Shown here one piece after another: positions 45,170 to 54,800 of a stretch of DNA of 64,000 nucleotides (within the stretch, counting starts at the first letter, position 1; each line of letters begins with the position of its first letter). Source of the stretch: a virus. The notes beneath the pieces are model-generated. The model was not told the origin of the DNA. It saw only the letters and a program-made list of their open reading frames with translations, and did not search any database. Position numbers and translations under genes: made by a program. The stretch covers positions 3,332 to 67,331 of the IMG/VR virus record IMGVR_UViG_3300017605_001118; one strand, 5' to 3'.

Positions 45170-45679
45170 CTACTCCATCAGGGCCGCGTCGGCCGCGGCC
45201 TGCCCAACCGGCACGTACACGGCCGAGTACAGCTTCGGCGGCTTCAGGTTCCCCGTCTTCTGCCCCTTACCCGTGTATGTCACGGTGAGCACGCCGCCCA
45301 GCTCCAGCGTCTTCGCCCCGGCCTTCAGGACCGCGTCCCGGATGGCGGCCTGCATCTTGCCCTTCACGTACAGGGTGCGCTTGCCGTCGTCGTCGAGAAG
45401 GGGCACCTTCTGCCCCTCGTCATCGAACTTGTACCCCGTGGGCTCGCACTGGATCTCCACGGGCATGTGCATTTTGGGCGCGCCGTCATCCCAGAACAGA
45501 GGGGAGTTGTCATCGAAGTTCCGCTGCTGCTGGACTCGCTTGGACAGCACGGTGCCGGTGTACGAGTGGCCGATCTCAGGGAACTGAGCTCCCGTGGCTC
45601 CCCCCGACATGAGGAAGGCGTCGGGGTCCGACTGGGCAGCGGGCTTCGGGGCGAAGGGGTTCTGGAGGGGACTGGTCAT
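45170..45679 (-). CDS. single-stranded DNA-binding protein (probable)
   Basis: Q...F.....L.WDDG.PK, DDG.R.LYVKG, L..GG.L.V.YTG, K.Y.A.Y. Confidence 0.7.
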   Translation of the reverse strand: MTSPLQNPFAPKPAAQSDPDAFLMSGGATGAQFPEIGHSYTGTVLSKRVQQQRNFDDNSPLFWDDGAPKMHMPVEIQCEPTGYKFDDEGQKVPLLDDDGKRTLYVKGKMQAAIRDAVLKAGAKTLELGGVLTVTYTGKGQKTGNLKPPKLYSAVYVPVGQAAADAALME

Positions 45680-45722
45680 GAGTTCTTGAGTCCTTTGTGA
45701 GTCGGTCGTTTGGGGTATTGCG

Positions 45723-45795
45723 TGGATCTGGCGGGAATCGAACCCGCGACCCGTCCTTTTTAAGGGGACTGCTCTGCCATTGGAGCTACAGATCC
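45723..45795 (-). tRNA. tRNA with anticodon UAA (nominally Leu), short variable loop
   Basis: GGATCTG/CAGATCC acceptor, GCTC/GAGC D-stem, GTCCC-CTTAAAA-AGGAC, GCGGG-TTCGATT-CCCGC, A73; no encoded CCA. Confidence 0.85.
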
Positions 45796-45901
45796 GTGGG
45801 AGTGAAGGATTCGGACCTTCTCGGGAACCGCGCGCTCCCTTTACCGTGCCGTGGCCACCGGCCTCCCTGGTTCCGATTTAATCAAATCGGAGCGTCCTCC
45901 G

Positions 45902-47971
45902 TCAACCGCCCAGCGAAGCCAACCGCTCCTGGCCGATCTTCACCAGTGACTGAAGCCGCTTCTCGCTCAGACCTGCCGCAACGGCAGCCTGGAACAGGGA
46001 CGACAGCGCGGCCCTGGAACCGGCCTGCGCGAAGCGCTCCTCCCAGGTCGGTTCCGGCACGGAGACGGGTTCCCCCAGCATCTTGAAGCCGACCTTCCGG
46101 GACCGCCGCTTACGGACCGTGCCGGACAGGGCAGCGTCCTCCCAGCCCCCGTCCAGCGGCACCTCATACAGCGTGCACACCGCCTTCCCGTATGGCATGT
46201 GCATCACGATGCCGATGTCCGTGCGGACCTCAGGCCCCGGCTCCCATCGTTCCTCGCCCGGGTTCCACAGGCCCGAGGCGTTGACGCCGTGGGCGTACAG
46301 AGCGAGTTGGATCGCGATCTCGAGCTGTTTGTAGTCGAGGCTTCCGGGTGTGTTATGTGTGGGGATCATCCGATCTCCGCACAGGTACGTGCGCGTTGAA
46401 GAATCCACAGCGATGCACGCGGTGTCGACATCGGGGCCTGGGTCCACAGAGACGATCAACCTCCGACGGGAGCGCACGAGAGGCTTCTTTGAAGCGGCTG
46501 CCTGGTCCGCCTTCCTGGGAAGACGGAAGGGATTCAGGTCCACCGGAGTGAACTCGACGTGATAGCACATCACCTGCTTGCCAAACCCTTTGGTCCGGAC
46601 TCCCGCCAGACAAGGTCGCTGACCCAGGCTCAACAGGAGTTCCTCGGTTTGAAGAGCCAGAGCCTTATCTGTGCTGTAGAACACGGCCGTCTTCCGAGCC
46701 GTGTTCCAGGTGCCATCCGTGTCCAGGAGACCCTGGAGAAGTCGCAACCTCTGAGGCACGGAAGCCCGTAGGTAAATTTCCGGAATGTGCTTGTTGTCCA
46801 AAACGCCGAGTTCGCGGAGCTGCGTCACAAGGCCCAGGACAGTCCGCGTCACGCACTTATCGGAGTGGCATTTCTTGGGCAGCCCGAGGCGGTGTCCGTC
46901 TGACTCCAGGATCTCGAACAAATCGGAGCCTTTGGTGATCGAACCTGCCTTCGCAGTGCCGTCCCCCAGCCAGCACCCCAAAAGGTACGGGTCCACGGGC
47001 AGGTCCGCGTCAGGAAGGTTCAGTGGACCTGCCACGGGGACTCGGTGATGTTTTTGTCCTTGAGAGCTCACGAGAGTGGCTCTCACTTCTTCGATGGACT
47101 TAGCCGTAGGGGTTCCTGGACGAAGCCCTGCCGCGGTCCACCAGATGTGCTCCGTGTCGCAAACTACGGAGGAGCCATCGTCAAACCTGACGATGTAGGT
47201 ACCGATCCTCTTGGCCTCCGATTTGGCCGTCACCCGACAAACCTCACCGTACGCGTCGAATACCCGATCCCCCACCACGACGTCCTTCATGGTCGTCCAC
47301 CCCGAAGGGGTTGGGATCCGTTCGGTAAGCGCGAGGCCCTTCACATCCCCGATGGCGTAGGTCCCGTCAGCAAGTCGGAGGACCCGGTCCAGCTTGCCGG
47401 CCACGCCCAGCTCGGGGATCGCAGTGACCCGTTCGATCAGGTGGGGGAAGACCTCAACCCCACTCGCCTTCAGAGCCGCCCGGTAAGCGAGGACATCTGG
47501 GCGTTCTTTGACCGGGGCCCGGTCCAGGGTGCCGCCTCCGTCCAGGACTTCGGTGTGCGTGTGCATCCGGGTGCCCCGGTCCGCGGCCTCTTCGCCGCCG
47601 GCGGACCGCTTCAGCTTCTTGACGATCCGGTTCAGCTTTTCCCGGTCCGTCTTCACGTCCAGGCCAGTTGCCTCGGCCACCAGGTCCGGCCGCAGCGTCG
47701 CCCCCACCAGTGCCATACGCAGCTCCCACTCCGACAGGGCGAACCTGTCGCTGAGCGTCGGAGCGAAGTTGGTGGCCCGTGTCCAGGACTGCCACTTCCC
47801 CGTTTCCGGGTGAGGGAGCCAGTACCGGCCGTTCTTCATCAGCGGCTGCTTGTCCGGTTGCATGAGAAGGTCGTCTACGGGGTCGACAACCCTCTCATGC
47901 TCCCCGGAACGACACAGGACGCAGTGCACCGTTTCGGGACCGCTGTGTTTGATGCGGGCTGGGTCGGTCAT
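45902..47971 (-). CDS. PD-(D/E)XK (Cas4/RecB-like) exonuclease interrupted by an intein
   Basis: RGT.MH...E, AGKLDR, IGDVK|T, QLALYA; intein between K and T. Confidence 0.85.
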   Translation of the reverse strand: MTDPARIKHSGPETVHCVLCRSGEHERVVDPVDDLLMQPDKQPLMKNGRYWLPHPETGKWQSWTRATNFAPTLSDRFALSEWELRMALVGATLRPDLVAEATGLDVKTDREKLNRIVKKLKRSAGGEEAADRGTRMHTHTEVLDGGGTLDRAPVKERPDVLAYRAALKASGVEVFPHLIERVTAIPELGVAGKLDRVLRLADGTYAIGDVKGLALTERIPTPSGWTTMKDVVVGDRVFDAYGEVCRVTAKSEAKRIGTYIVRFDDGSSVVCDTEHIWWTAAGLRPGTPTAKSIEEVRATLVSSQGQKHHRVPVAGPLNLPDADLPVDPYLLGCWLGDGTAKAGSITKGSDLFEILESDGHRLGLPKKCHSDKCVTRTVLGLVTQLRELGVLDNKHIPEIYLRASVPQRLRLLQGLLDTDGTWNTARKTAVFYSTDKALALQTEELLLSLGQRPCLAGVRTKGFGKQVMCYHVEFTPVDLNPFRLPRKADQAAASKKPLVRSRRRLIVSVDPGPDVDTACIAVDSSTRTYLCGDRMIPTHNTPGSLDYKQLEIAIQLALYAHGVNASGLWNPGEERWEPGPEVRTDIGIVMHMPYGKAVCTLYEVPLDGGWEDAALSGTVRKRRSRKVGFKMLGEPVSVPEPTWEERFAQAGSRAALSSLFQAAVAAGLSEKRLQSLVKIGQERLASLGG
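46352..47338 (-). mobile_element. intein with LAGLIDADG homing endonuclease (329 aa, class 3-like)
   Basis: GLALTERIPTP start, EHIW, YLLGCWLGDG, LQGLLDTDG, TACIAVD, PTHN|T. Confidence 0.88.
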
Positions 47972-48186
47972 GCTCCCTCTTCCTGAATCAGTTTGTTGAC
48001 GACCGCGTCGGCCATTGACTCGATCTGTCCGAGCGGTCCGGTCTCTGATTCGTTGTAATTCCAGCTCTGGGCCTTCCCCGCGGCCTCGCTCAGGGACTGA
48101 AACGCCTTTCGGATCTCGTCCCGGACGATGCGGCGAATCTCCGCTTCCAGCGGGTTGGTCTGTTCTTCCTCGAACGGGTTGTCCAT
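47968..48186 (-). CDS. small hypothetical protein
   Basis: EIRRIVRDEI; coupled to exonuclease. Confidence 0.6.
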   Translation of the reverse strand: MDNPFEEEQTNPLEAEIRRIVRDEIRKAFQSLSEAAGKAQSWNYNESETGPLGQIESMADAVVNKLIQEEGA

Positions 48187-48191
48187 CTTCC

Positions 48192-48908
48192 TCACTCCTT
48201 CACAAACAGGCGCTCTTGCGTCGATCGTCGGTCAGTGGTTTTCGCCACGGACATTCGGTGATCAAACTCCGCTATGCACGTGAAGTCTTCCGGAGCGGAG
48301 TATTCGCTGACCAGAACCAGAGCTCCGCTCTTCGCTTGGTCTCGGCACCAAGACCAGAACTTGTCGTGGTCAAAACCTCCGGAGTCCCGGTACCCCAAGG
48401 TTCCCTGGTAGGGCGGGTCGCAGTAGACGACGAATCGTTCGTTTGCCTGTCCGGTGTCGTAGCCGGCGTTCTTGAACTGGACGTCTGTGCCTTTTAGTTC
48501 AGCCATCCTGGACGAGGCTGCCCGGATGGATTCTGCTTGATGGTCCCGAGGAGCGCCGTCCGAATTGAAGCCGCCTCGGGCGTATCCTCCGAACCACTTG
48601 CCTCCGAACGAACCTCCGAAACCCGCCAGCCCACGAATCGCGCTGGGTTCTGCGCTCTTGAGGTCCGCGTACTCCTGTTCAGAGATCGTCTCTGGGGGAG
48701 CCCACCCCGAGTGCAGGGCGGACCAGAGTTCGATCAAATCCGGGTGGGCGTCACTCGCCACGGCCTTCTGAAAACTGGGGGCGATCATGGAGAATGAATT
48801 CAACCCTCCGCAGAAGGGCTCCCAGTAGACGTCTCGGTCACCTCGGCGAGACAGGATCTCCGAGAGAATCCTCTTGGCAATTCGTTTCTTACTGCCGACG
48901 TAACGCAT
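48192..48908 (-). CDS. dam: DNA adenine methyltransferase (Dam/D12 class)
   Basis: RYVGSK, EPFCGG, YCDPPY, FDH, VSEY. Confidence 0.88.
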   Translation of the reverse strand: MRYVGSKKRIAKRILSEILSRRGDRDVYWEPFCGGLNSFSMIAPSFQKAVASDAHPDLIELWSALHSGWAPPETISEQEYADLKSAEPSAIRGLAGFGGSFGGKWFGGYARGGFNSDGAPRDHQAESIRAASSRMAELKGTDVQFKNAGYDTGQANERFVVYCDPPYQGTLGYRDSGGFDHDKFWSWCRDQAKSGALVLVSEYSAPEDFTCIAEFDHRMSVAKTTDRRSTQERLFVKE

Positions 48909-48911
48909 TCC

Positions 48912-50549
48912 TCACTCCTTCAGAAATCGGTCGATCTTCCTTGACGCCTTGACCACGGAGATCAAGTCCCCCATGTCGCCCTTCCGGATCCCGTCCGGGA
49001 CCTGGATTCGTAGGTACCCGGCTTGTTTGAGCTGGGCTTCGCTTGCCGGGTCGCGGCGCCACTTGGCCTTGCGCCGGGTCAGGACGCCGCCCAGTTCCTC
49101 AGCCTCCGCTTCGGCCCAGGCTTTGGCCGTGTCCAGGGGCTGGGGTGATCCATTGAGCTTCGTCCACCCGCCCTGCGGCGGGGCCAAGGCGATGACGTAT
49201 CCGCCTTTCTCGGGCCACAGGAGAACCTCTCCGGCCGTTCCGCAGGGGATGAACCAGATCCCACTCTCCGTCTGGAGCCACGCGGACGACGATGCGGCGA
49301 ACAGCTCCAGGGACTTCCCAGAACCGGTCAGCTTCAGTTCAACGGCTTCCTTTTCACAGGTGCACCGCAGCCGTTTATTTCCACAATTCCCGCAGAGGCA
49401 GACACAGGGCAGCCGGCGGCAGTCTTTACAGGGCTTGGGATCCGGGAACAGTCCTTCTTCCAGGTCGATCAGCGTCCGCAGCCGGTTGTCCTGGGACGCA
49501 CCCACCAGGTCCAGAATCAAAGCGCTGGTCTTACCGGGGTAAGGGCGGAGTACGCGTCCAATAATTTGGGTGTAAAGAGGCTGGGACTGTGTGGGGCGGG
49601 CCATGACCAGGACTTCCGCGTGCGGTGCATCCCAGCCTTCTGTAAGGACCATACAATTGCACAGTACACGGATCTTCCCGGCTTCGTAGTCGGCGAAGAT
49701 CCGGAGTCGTTCCTCCCGGGGAGTTTCACCGGAGACGACGGCCGCAGAGACGCCACGAAATTCCAGTTCCTTCATCGCCTCGTGGGCCGTGGCCACGGTG
49801 GGGGTGAACACGACGCCGGGCTTTCCGTTGCCGTGTTCCACGTAGGCGGCAGCGGCGACGGCCATGGCGCCGGATTCCGTCAGCTCCTCCCCGAGGGCGC
49901 CCACCGCGTAGTCGCCGGCGGACTTCCTCAGCTTGGACAGGTCCAGTCCGTCGACCGCCACGGAGATCCCCGTCGGTTCGACCAGGTACCCGTTGCGGAT
50001 GCCCCACAGGATCGACTTGGTATAGACGACGTCGTCCACCACCGTGCCGAGTCCCTTGCCGTCGCCGCGGGCCAGGGTCGCGGTGACCCCCAGCATCCGG
50101 GCCCCGTCCTCGGCGAAACAGCCCAGCCCTTCAAGGACCCCTTTGTACGTTTTGCTCAGAAAATGATGTACCTCGTCGGCAATGACCAGACCGACCGGGC
50201 CCGCGTTCAGGAGCCGGTTCATCCGGCGCTTCCTGGCCAGGGTCTGCACCGAGGCGACGACGACGTCGGCGTCCACTTCGTCGTCGCCCGCCTTCACCTT
50301 GCCGGTGATCAGCTCAGGGGCGACGGACCGCACTTTGGTGATCGCTTGGTCCACCAGTTCGTCGCGGTGGGCCAGGATCACAACGCGCTGCCCCGGATGG
50401 CCCTGCATGTACTCCCGGGCGGTATGGGTGAACATGACCGTTTTTCCTAGACCCGTGGCCATTACAACTACCGGCCGCTGCATCCCCTCCGCCCACGCCG
50501 ACGTCACCGCGTCGATGGCTTCACGCTGGTAAGGACGCGGTTCAAGCAC
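48912..50549 (-). CDS. superfamily 2 DEAH helicase
   Basis: RPYQ, ATGLGKT, DEVHH, TAT, LTEGWD, QIIGRVLR. Confidence 0.92.
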   Translation of the reverse strand: MLEPRPYQREAIDAVTSAWAEGMQRPVVVMATGLGKTVMFTHTAREYMQGHPGQRVVILAHRDELVDQAITKVRSVAPELITGKVKAGDDEVDADVVVASVQTLARKRRMNRLLNAGPVGLVIADEVHHFLSKTYKGVLEGLGCFAEDGARMLGVTATLARGDGKGLGTVVDDVVYTKSILWGIRNGYLVEPTGISVAVDGLDLSKLRKSAGDYAVGALGEELTESGAMAVAAAAYVEHGNGKPGVVFTPTVATAHEAMKELEFRGVSAAVVSGETPREERLRIFADYEAGKIRVLCNCMVLTEGWDAPHAEVLVMARPTQSQPLYTQIIGRVLRPYPGKTSALILDLVGASQDNRLRTLIDLEEGLFPDPKPCKDCRRLPCVCLCGNCGNKRLRCTCEKEAVELKLTGSGKSLELFAASSSAWLQTESGIWFIPCGTAGEVLLWPEKGGYVIALAPPQGGWTKLNGSPQPLDTAKAWAEAEAEELGGVLTRRKAKWRRDPASEAQLKQAGYLRIQVPDGIRKGDMGDLISVVKASRKIDRFLKE

Positions 50550-50835
50550 GCTCCATCACCGAGGCCCACGGACCGTACAGGGTGTTGAAGTGCTCTTCGC
50601 TGAGCAGGTCCCGCGCCAGCAGCGCGGTGACCACCGGCCAGATCGCCGGGCCCACTTCGCGGTGCGCCTGCTTCCAGAGCTCACTCCGGCCGGTTACGCG
50701 GATGATCGAACCGGCCGCGCCCAAAGCTTCCTCCCAGGCGGTACCTCCGGCTACGGCCCAGGCGACCCTCACCCCGTGGTGTTCGTCGTCCGTCAGCCGG
50801 GACGCCTTCTCGATCAGTTCTTCGACGGTCGTCAT
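50542..50835 (-). CDS. hypothetical protein paralogous to C-terminal half of 37475-38041
   Basis: V.ELIE.ASR and EEHFNTLYGPWASVME shared, also at DNA level. Confidence 0.7.
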   Translation of the reverse strand: MTTVEELIEKASRLTDDEHHGVRVAWAVAGGTAWEEALGAAGSIIRVTGRSELWKQAHREVGPAIWPVVTALLARDLLSEEHFNTLYGPWASVMERA

Positions 50836-50939
50836 CGTTTCCTCGTTTCCTTGTCGAGGCTCCAGTCAAGCAGTAGACAGACAACGACGCAAGTAGCTGT
50901 GACTGGACGAACATAGACGTTGGGAGTAGCGTCTCCGTC

Positions 50940-51131
50940 ATGGCAACCAACCTTCTCAGCCGGGCCGAAGCGGCCCGGCTCACTGGCGCATCCCTGCGCA
51001 CGGTCGACCGGTGGCGCAAGGACGGCAAACTGACCACCTACCGCAACCGGCGCGGAGCCATCCGCATCGACCCCGAAGAGCTGGACCGGCTCTCCGCCTA
51101 CCAGCCCGCATCCGCAGGAACCGAGGGCTGA
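50940..51131 (+). CDS. MerR/excisionase-like HTH protein
   Basis: LLSR.EAA...G.S.RTV.RW...GKL. Confidence 0.85.
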   Translation: MATNLLSRAEAARLTGASLRTVDRWRKDGKLTTYRNRRGAIRIDPEELDRLSAYQPASAGTEG

Positions 51132-51133
51132 CC

Positions 51134-51868
51134 GTGCAATACATGGGAGGAAAGGCCAAGATCGCTCGACGCCTCGTGGCCGCGATCTTGGACGACACAG
51201 CCAATCGACTGAACTGGTTCGAGCCCTTCGTGGGCGGTGGAAACGTCCTCGAACAGGCCGCGCCCCACTTCACGCGGTCTGTCGCCATGGACGCGCACGA
51301 GGATTTGATCCTCATGTGGTCCGCAGTCAACGGCGGGTGGGGTCCGCCCGAGTTCGTCTCCAAAGATCTGTACGCGGAGCTGCGTCACGCCGCACCTTCG
51401 GCGCTTCGCGGGTACGCCGGCTTCGCCGCGTCCTTCGGGGGCAAGTGGTTCGGAGGGTACGCCGCCGGCCACGTCCGGCCCGGAGAGAGACAGACCATCG
51501 CAGCGGGTTCCCGGAGAGTGGTCCTCCGCCAATCCTCCGTGATCCGAGCTAACTCGGTCGTCTTCCGGCACGGACCTTTCGGGTCCCTGACGCCTCCCGC
51601 GGGGACGGTTGTCTACTGCGACCCTCCTTACGCGGGGACCACGCGGTACAACGGGATGGCCCCGTTCGACCACGCTCTGTTCTACAAGACCTTGGGCATC
51701 TGGGCTGACTCGGGGCGCGACGTCTACGTCTCCGAGTACGCGATTCCGGACGAGGTGCCCCACTTGATCCTTTGGTCTGGGGAACAGCGGAATGGGTCCC
51801 TCAAAAAAACCGCCAACTCTCGGGTAACGGTCGAGAAGCTGTTCAAGATCACAGGAACCGAGGGCTGA
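51134..51868 (+). CDS. dam: second DNA adenine methyltransferase (Dam/D12 class)
   Basis: QYMGGK, EPFVGGG, YCDPPY, FDH, VSEY. Confidence 0.88.
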   Translation: MQYMGGKAKIARRLVAAILDDTANRLNWFEPFVGGGNVLEQAAPHFTRSVAMDAHEDLILMWSAVNGGWGPPEFVSKDLYAELRHAAPSALRGYAGFAASFGGKWFGGYAAGHVRPGERQTIAAGSRRVVLRQSSVIRANSVVFRHGPFGSLTPPAGTVVYCDPPYAGTTRYNGMAPFDHALFYKTLGIWADSGRDVYVSEYAIPDEVPHLILWSGEQRNGSLKKTANSRVTVEKLFKITGTEG

Positions 51869-51870
51869 CC

Positions 51871-54800
51871 GTGGCAACCGAGACGCCGACACTCACCCCC
51901 GAACACCGCGAGTACCTGAACAACGCGGCCATCACCGACCCCATCATCGAGGCCGCCGGCGTCTACTCCACCGATGACGGGATCATGTTCCCGTACCGCG
52001 ACGGGAACACCGAGGTTCAGTACTTCCGCCACGACGACCCCCCGGAGGGAACGCCCAAGTACCTCGGGCCCAAGGACATCTCCCCCATCTTCAACGTGCT
52101 CCGCGAGCACGGAGACCACGGACCGGTCCTCGTCGTGGAAGGTACGAAGCAGGCGCTCAGTTGCGGATCCTGGGCGCCCCCGGAGTACTCCGTGTACGGC
52201 ATGAACGGGTGCTGGGGATGGACGAAGGCAGATCGGGACCCCCTGGAGGGGAGAACGGTCTTCGTCGTCCTGGACAAGGACGCGCAGGAGAACCCGGACG
52301 TCTACAACGCGGGCGCATCCCTGGCCGAAGACCTGCGGTCCATGGGATCGACAGTTCTGTTCGTCCGGCTCCCCGTCCGGGGGAAGGAAGGTCTGGACGA
52401 CTGGTTGGCAGCCACAAAGGCGGACCGGCGCACCGAACGCTTCGCTCTCCTGATCGCCGGCGCCAAGCCGAAACCGGCCGACCGGAAGCCGGACGCGAAG
52501 AAAAAGAGCAGGGAGCTGCGCACTGCGGAGGAGTCCGCGTCGATGGTGGAGACGGCCGCGGAACGGGGCATGAAGCCCATCGCCGTGAACCGAGGCCTGC
52601 TCATCGACGTGATCGACCAGATCACCGATGGGCTTCTGACCCGCGACGGAACAACCCTGTTCAACCACGGCGGGGCCCTGTCGGAGTTCGACCGCGATGA
52701 GCACATGATGGTGCAGGTGACCGAGGGCCGGTTCCGGGATGTCCTTGTACAGACCTGCCTCACTGTGAACGTGAAAGACGACGGATCGATGGTGTCCGGC
52801 TGGCCCGACGGCAACACGATGAAGGCCGTGTCCTCCCGGGCGAAGCGGTTCGTGAAGGTCCGCCGCATCATGCGTGCGCCGTTCGTCCGTGCGGACGGCA
52901 CGATCTGCTCAACACCCGGCTACGACGTTTCTTCATCGACTTTTTTGGACATCGAAGAAGACTTCAAGATCAACGTCCCGGACGAACCAACCGCAGACCA
53001 GGTCAAGGAAGCCGTGTCCCTTCTCTTGGACGAGTGGCTGTGTGACATGGCGTTCCCGGAAGACTCCGACCGGGCCAACGCCCTCGCCATGCTGCTGACC
53101 CCCTTCGTCCGGGACAGCGTCAACGTCGTTCCACTTGCCGTCGTCACAGGTCTTCAGATGGGGTCGGCGAAGAACCTTCTAGCGGACTGCTGTTCCCTGG
53201 TCTTCCAGGGGACCGTCACCCAGCCGGGTCTTCTCCCCGAGAACGACGACAACGAGGTCCGGAAGCAAGTCACGTCGATCCTGCGGAAGGCGCCGGCGGT
53301 CATCGTCTTCGATGAAACGCACCTGATCGAAAGCAAGGCTCTGGCCGGGGTCCTCACGGCGGAAACCTGGACGGACCGCCTCCTAGGAGTCTCGGACCAA
53401 CTCGCACTCCCCAACCAGGCTACGTGGATCTCGCTGGGCAACAACGTCGCCGTCAACGGGGACATGCGCCGCCGGTACTACCCGATCCGGCTGCACCCCA
53501 CCGACCCCAATCCGCAGGACAAGCCCACGTCCGCCTTCCGGCACCCGGACCTCAAGGCGTGGACGGAGGAGAACCGCTCCGAGCTGCTCAGCGCGGTACT
53601 GACGCTGATCCGGGCGTGGCACGTGGCCGGGAAGCCGTACACACCCGGCTCGTTCTCCTTCGGGTCTTTCGAGCGGTGGCAGAGAACAGTCGGGGGAGTC
53701 CTTCAGATCGCGGGTGTCGAAGGCTTCCTGGGCGGACTCCAGGAAGCCCGGGACGAAGGCGACTTCACCACCGGCTGGTGGATCGCTCACTTGGCCTGGC
53801 TGCTGAAGACCTTCGGCGGAGCCGAGTTCATCGTCCGCGCCGTGAAGGCCAGGGCCCTGGCTGCCGACGACTTCGAAGCGCCCCCCGGCAAAGACCTCGC
53901 CGACCCCTCCGAGCCGAACTGGGCCAAGAGGACCGGGCAGGAGTACGCCCGGATCAAGGGCCGCTGGTTCGGGGAAACCCGGTTGGTCAAGGTCGGCCTG
54001 GGCCACGGGTCCACGGTCAAGTGGCGCGTGGACGTCCGCGGGGAGGAGAAGGAACCGCCCCCTTTCGTTCAGCCGGATCCTGATCCACCGACCCCCGACG
54101 AAGGAACCGAGGAAGCTGTGGAGACGACGTTCAAATCTGTCGGGTTCGACCTGGAGACCGCCGGCGCTGATGAGCTGTATCTCGGACGGCACGAGGGTCC
54201 GTTCATCCGGCTGGGGGGGTCCATCGACGCCGCCGGAGTCTCCCAGACGTCCCCGTCGTCCCAGGATCTGATCCGGACCCTGACCGACGCCGACGAGATC
54301 TACGGGCACGGCATCTTCCGTTTCGACATCCCGGCGCTGGCCCGCCATAAGGGAACCAGCGCCGACTTCGACGCCCTCGCCGACAAGGCCGTGGACACGA
54401 TCATCAACGCCCGCCTGCTGGACCCGCCGGCAGCGAAGGGGGCAAACGTCAGCTACACCCTGGACGCGGTGGCGGCCCGGCTGGGGGTCGCACGGAAGAC
54501 GGATGACATCAAGGCCCTCGCCGACAAACACGGGGGTTTCGACAAGATCCCCGTGGACGACCCGGACTACGTCTCCTATCTGGAAGGCGACCTGGTCTCC
54601 ACCCGTGCGGTGTATGAGGCGCAGAAGCCTCTTCTCAGGGACCGCGGCCTGGACGACTACGCGGCCCGCGAAATGCGGATTGCCGCGATCCAAAACCGCA
54701 TGACCTTCAACGGCTTCCGGATCGACGTACCTCTCCTCGAGGAGCGCGTCCGGGCCGAAGAGAACAAACGGCAGGAAGCCCTCCGCACACTCGCCGACAC

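Noticed and set aside
45757-45766. tRNA-Lys(CTT) or ochre suppressor (TTA) reading
   Set aside because: Stem register places TAA at positions 34-36; the other registers break the anticodon stem.
50940-51131. Excisionase implying an integration module
   Set aside because: No integrase or att site seen; such HTH genes often precede phage primases.
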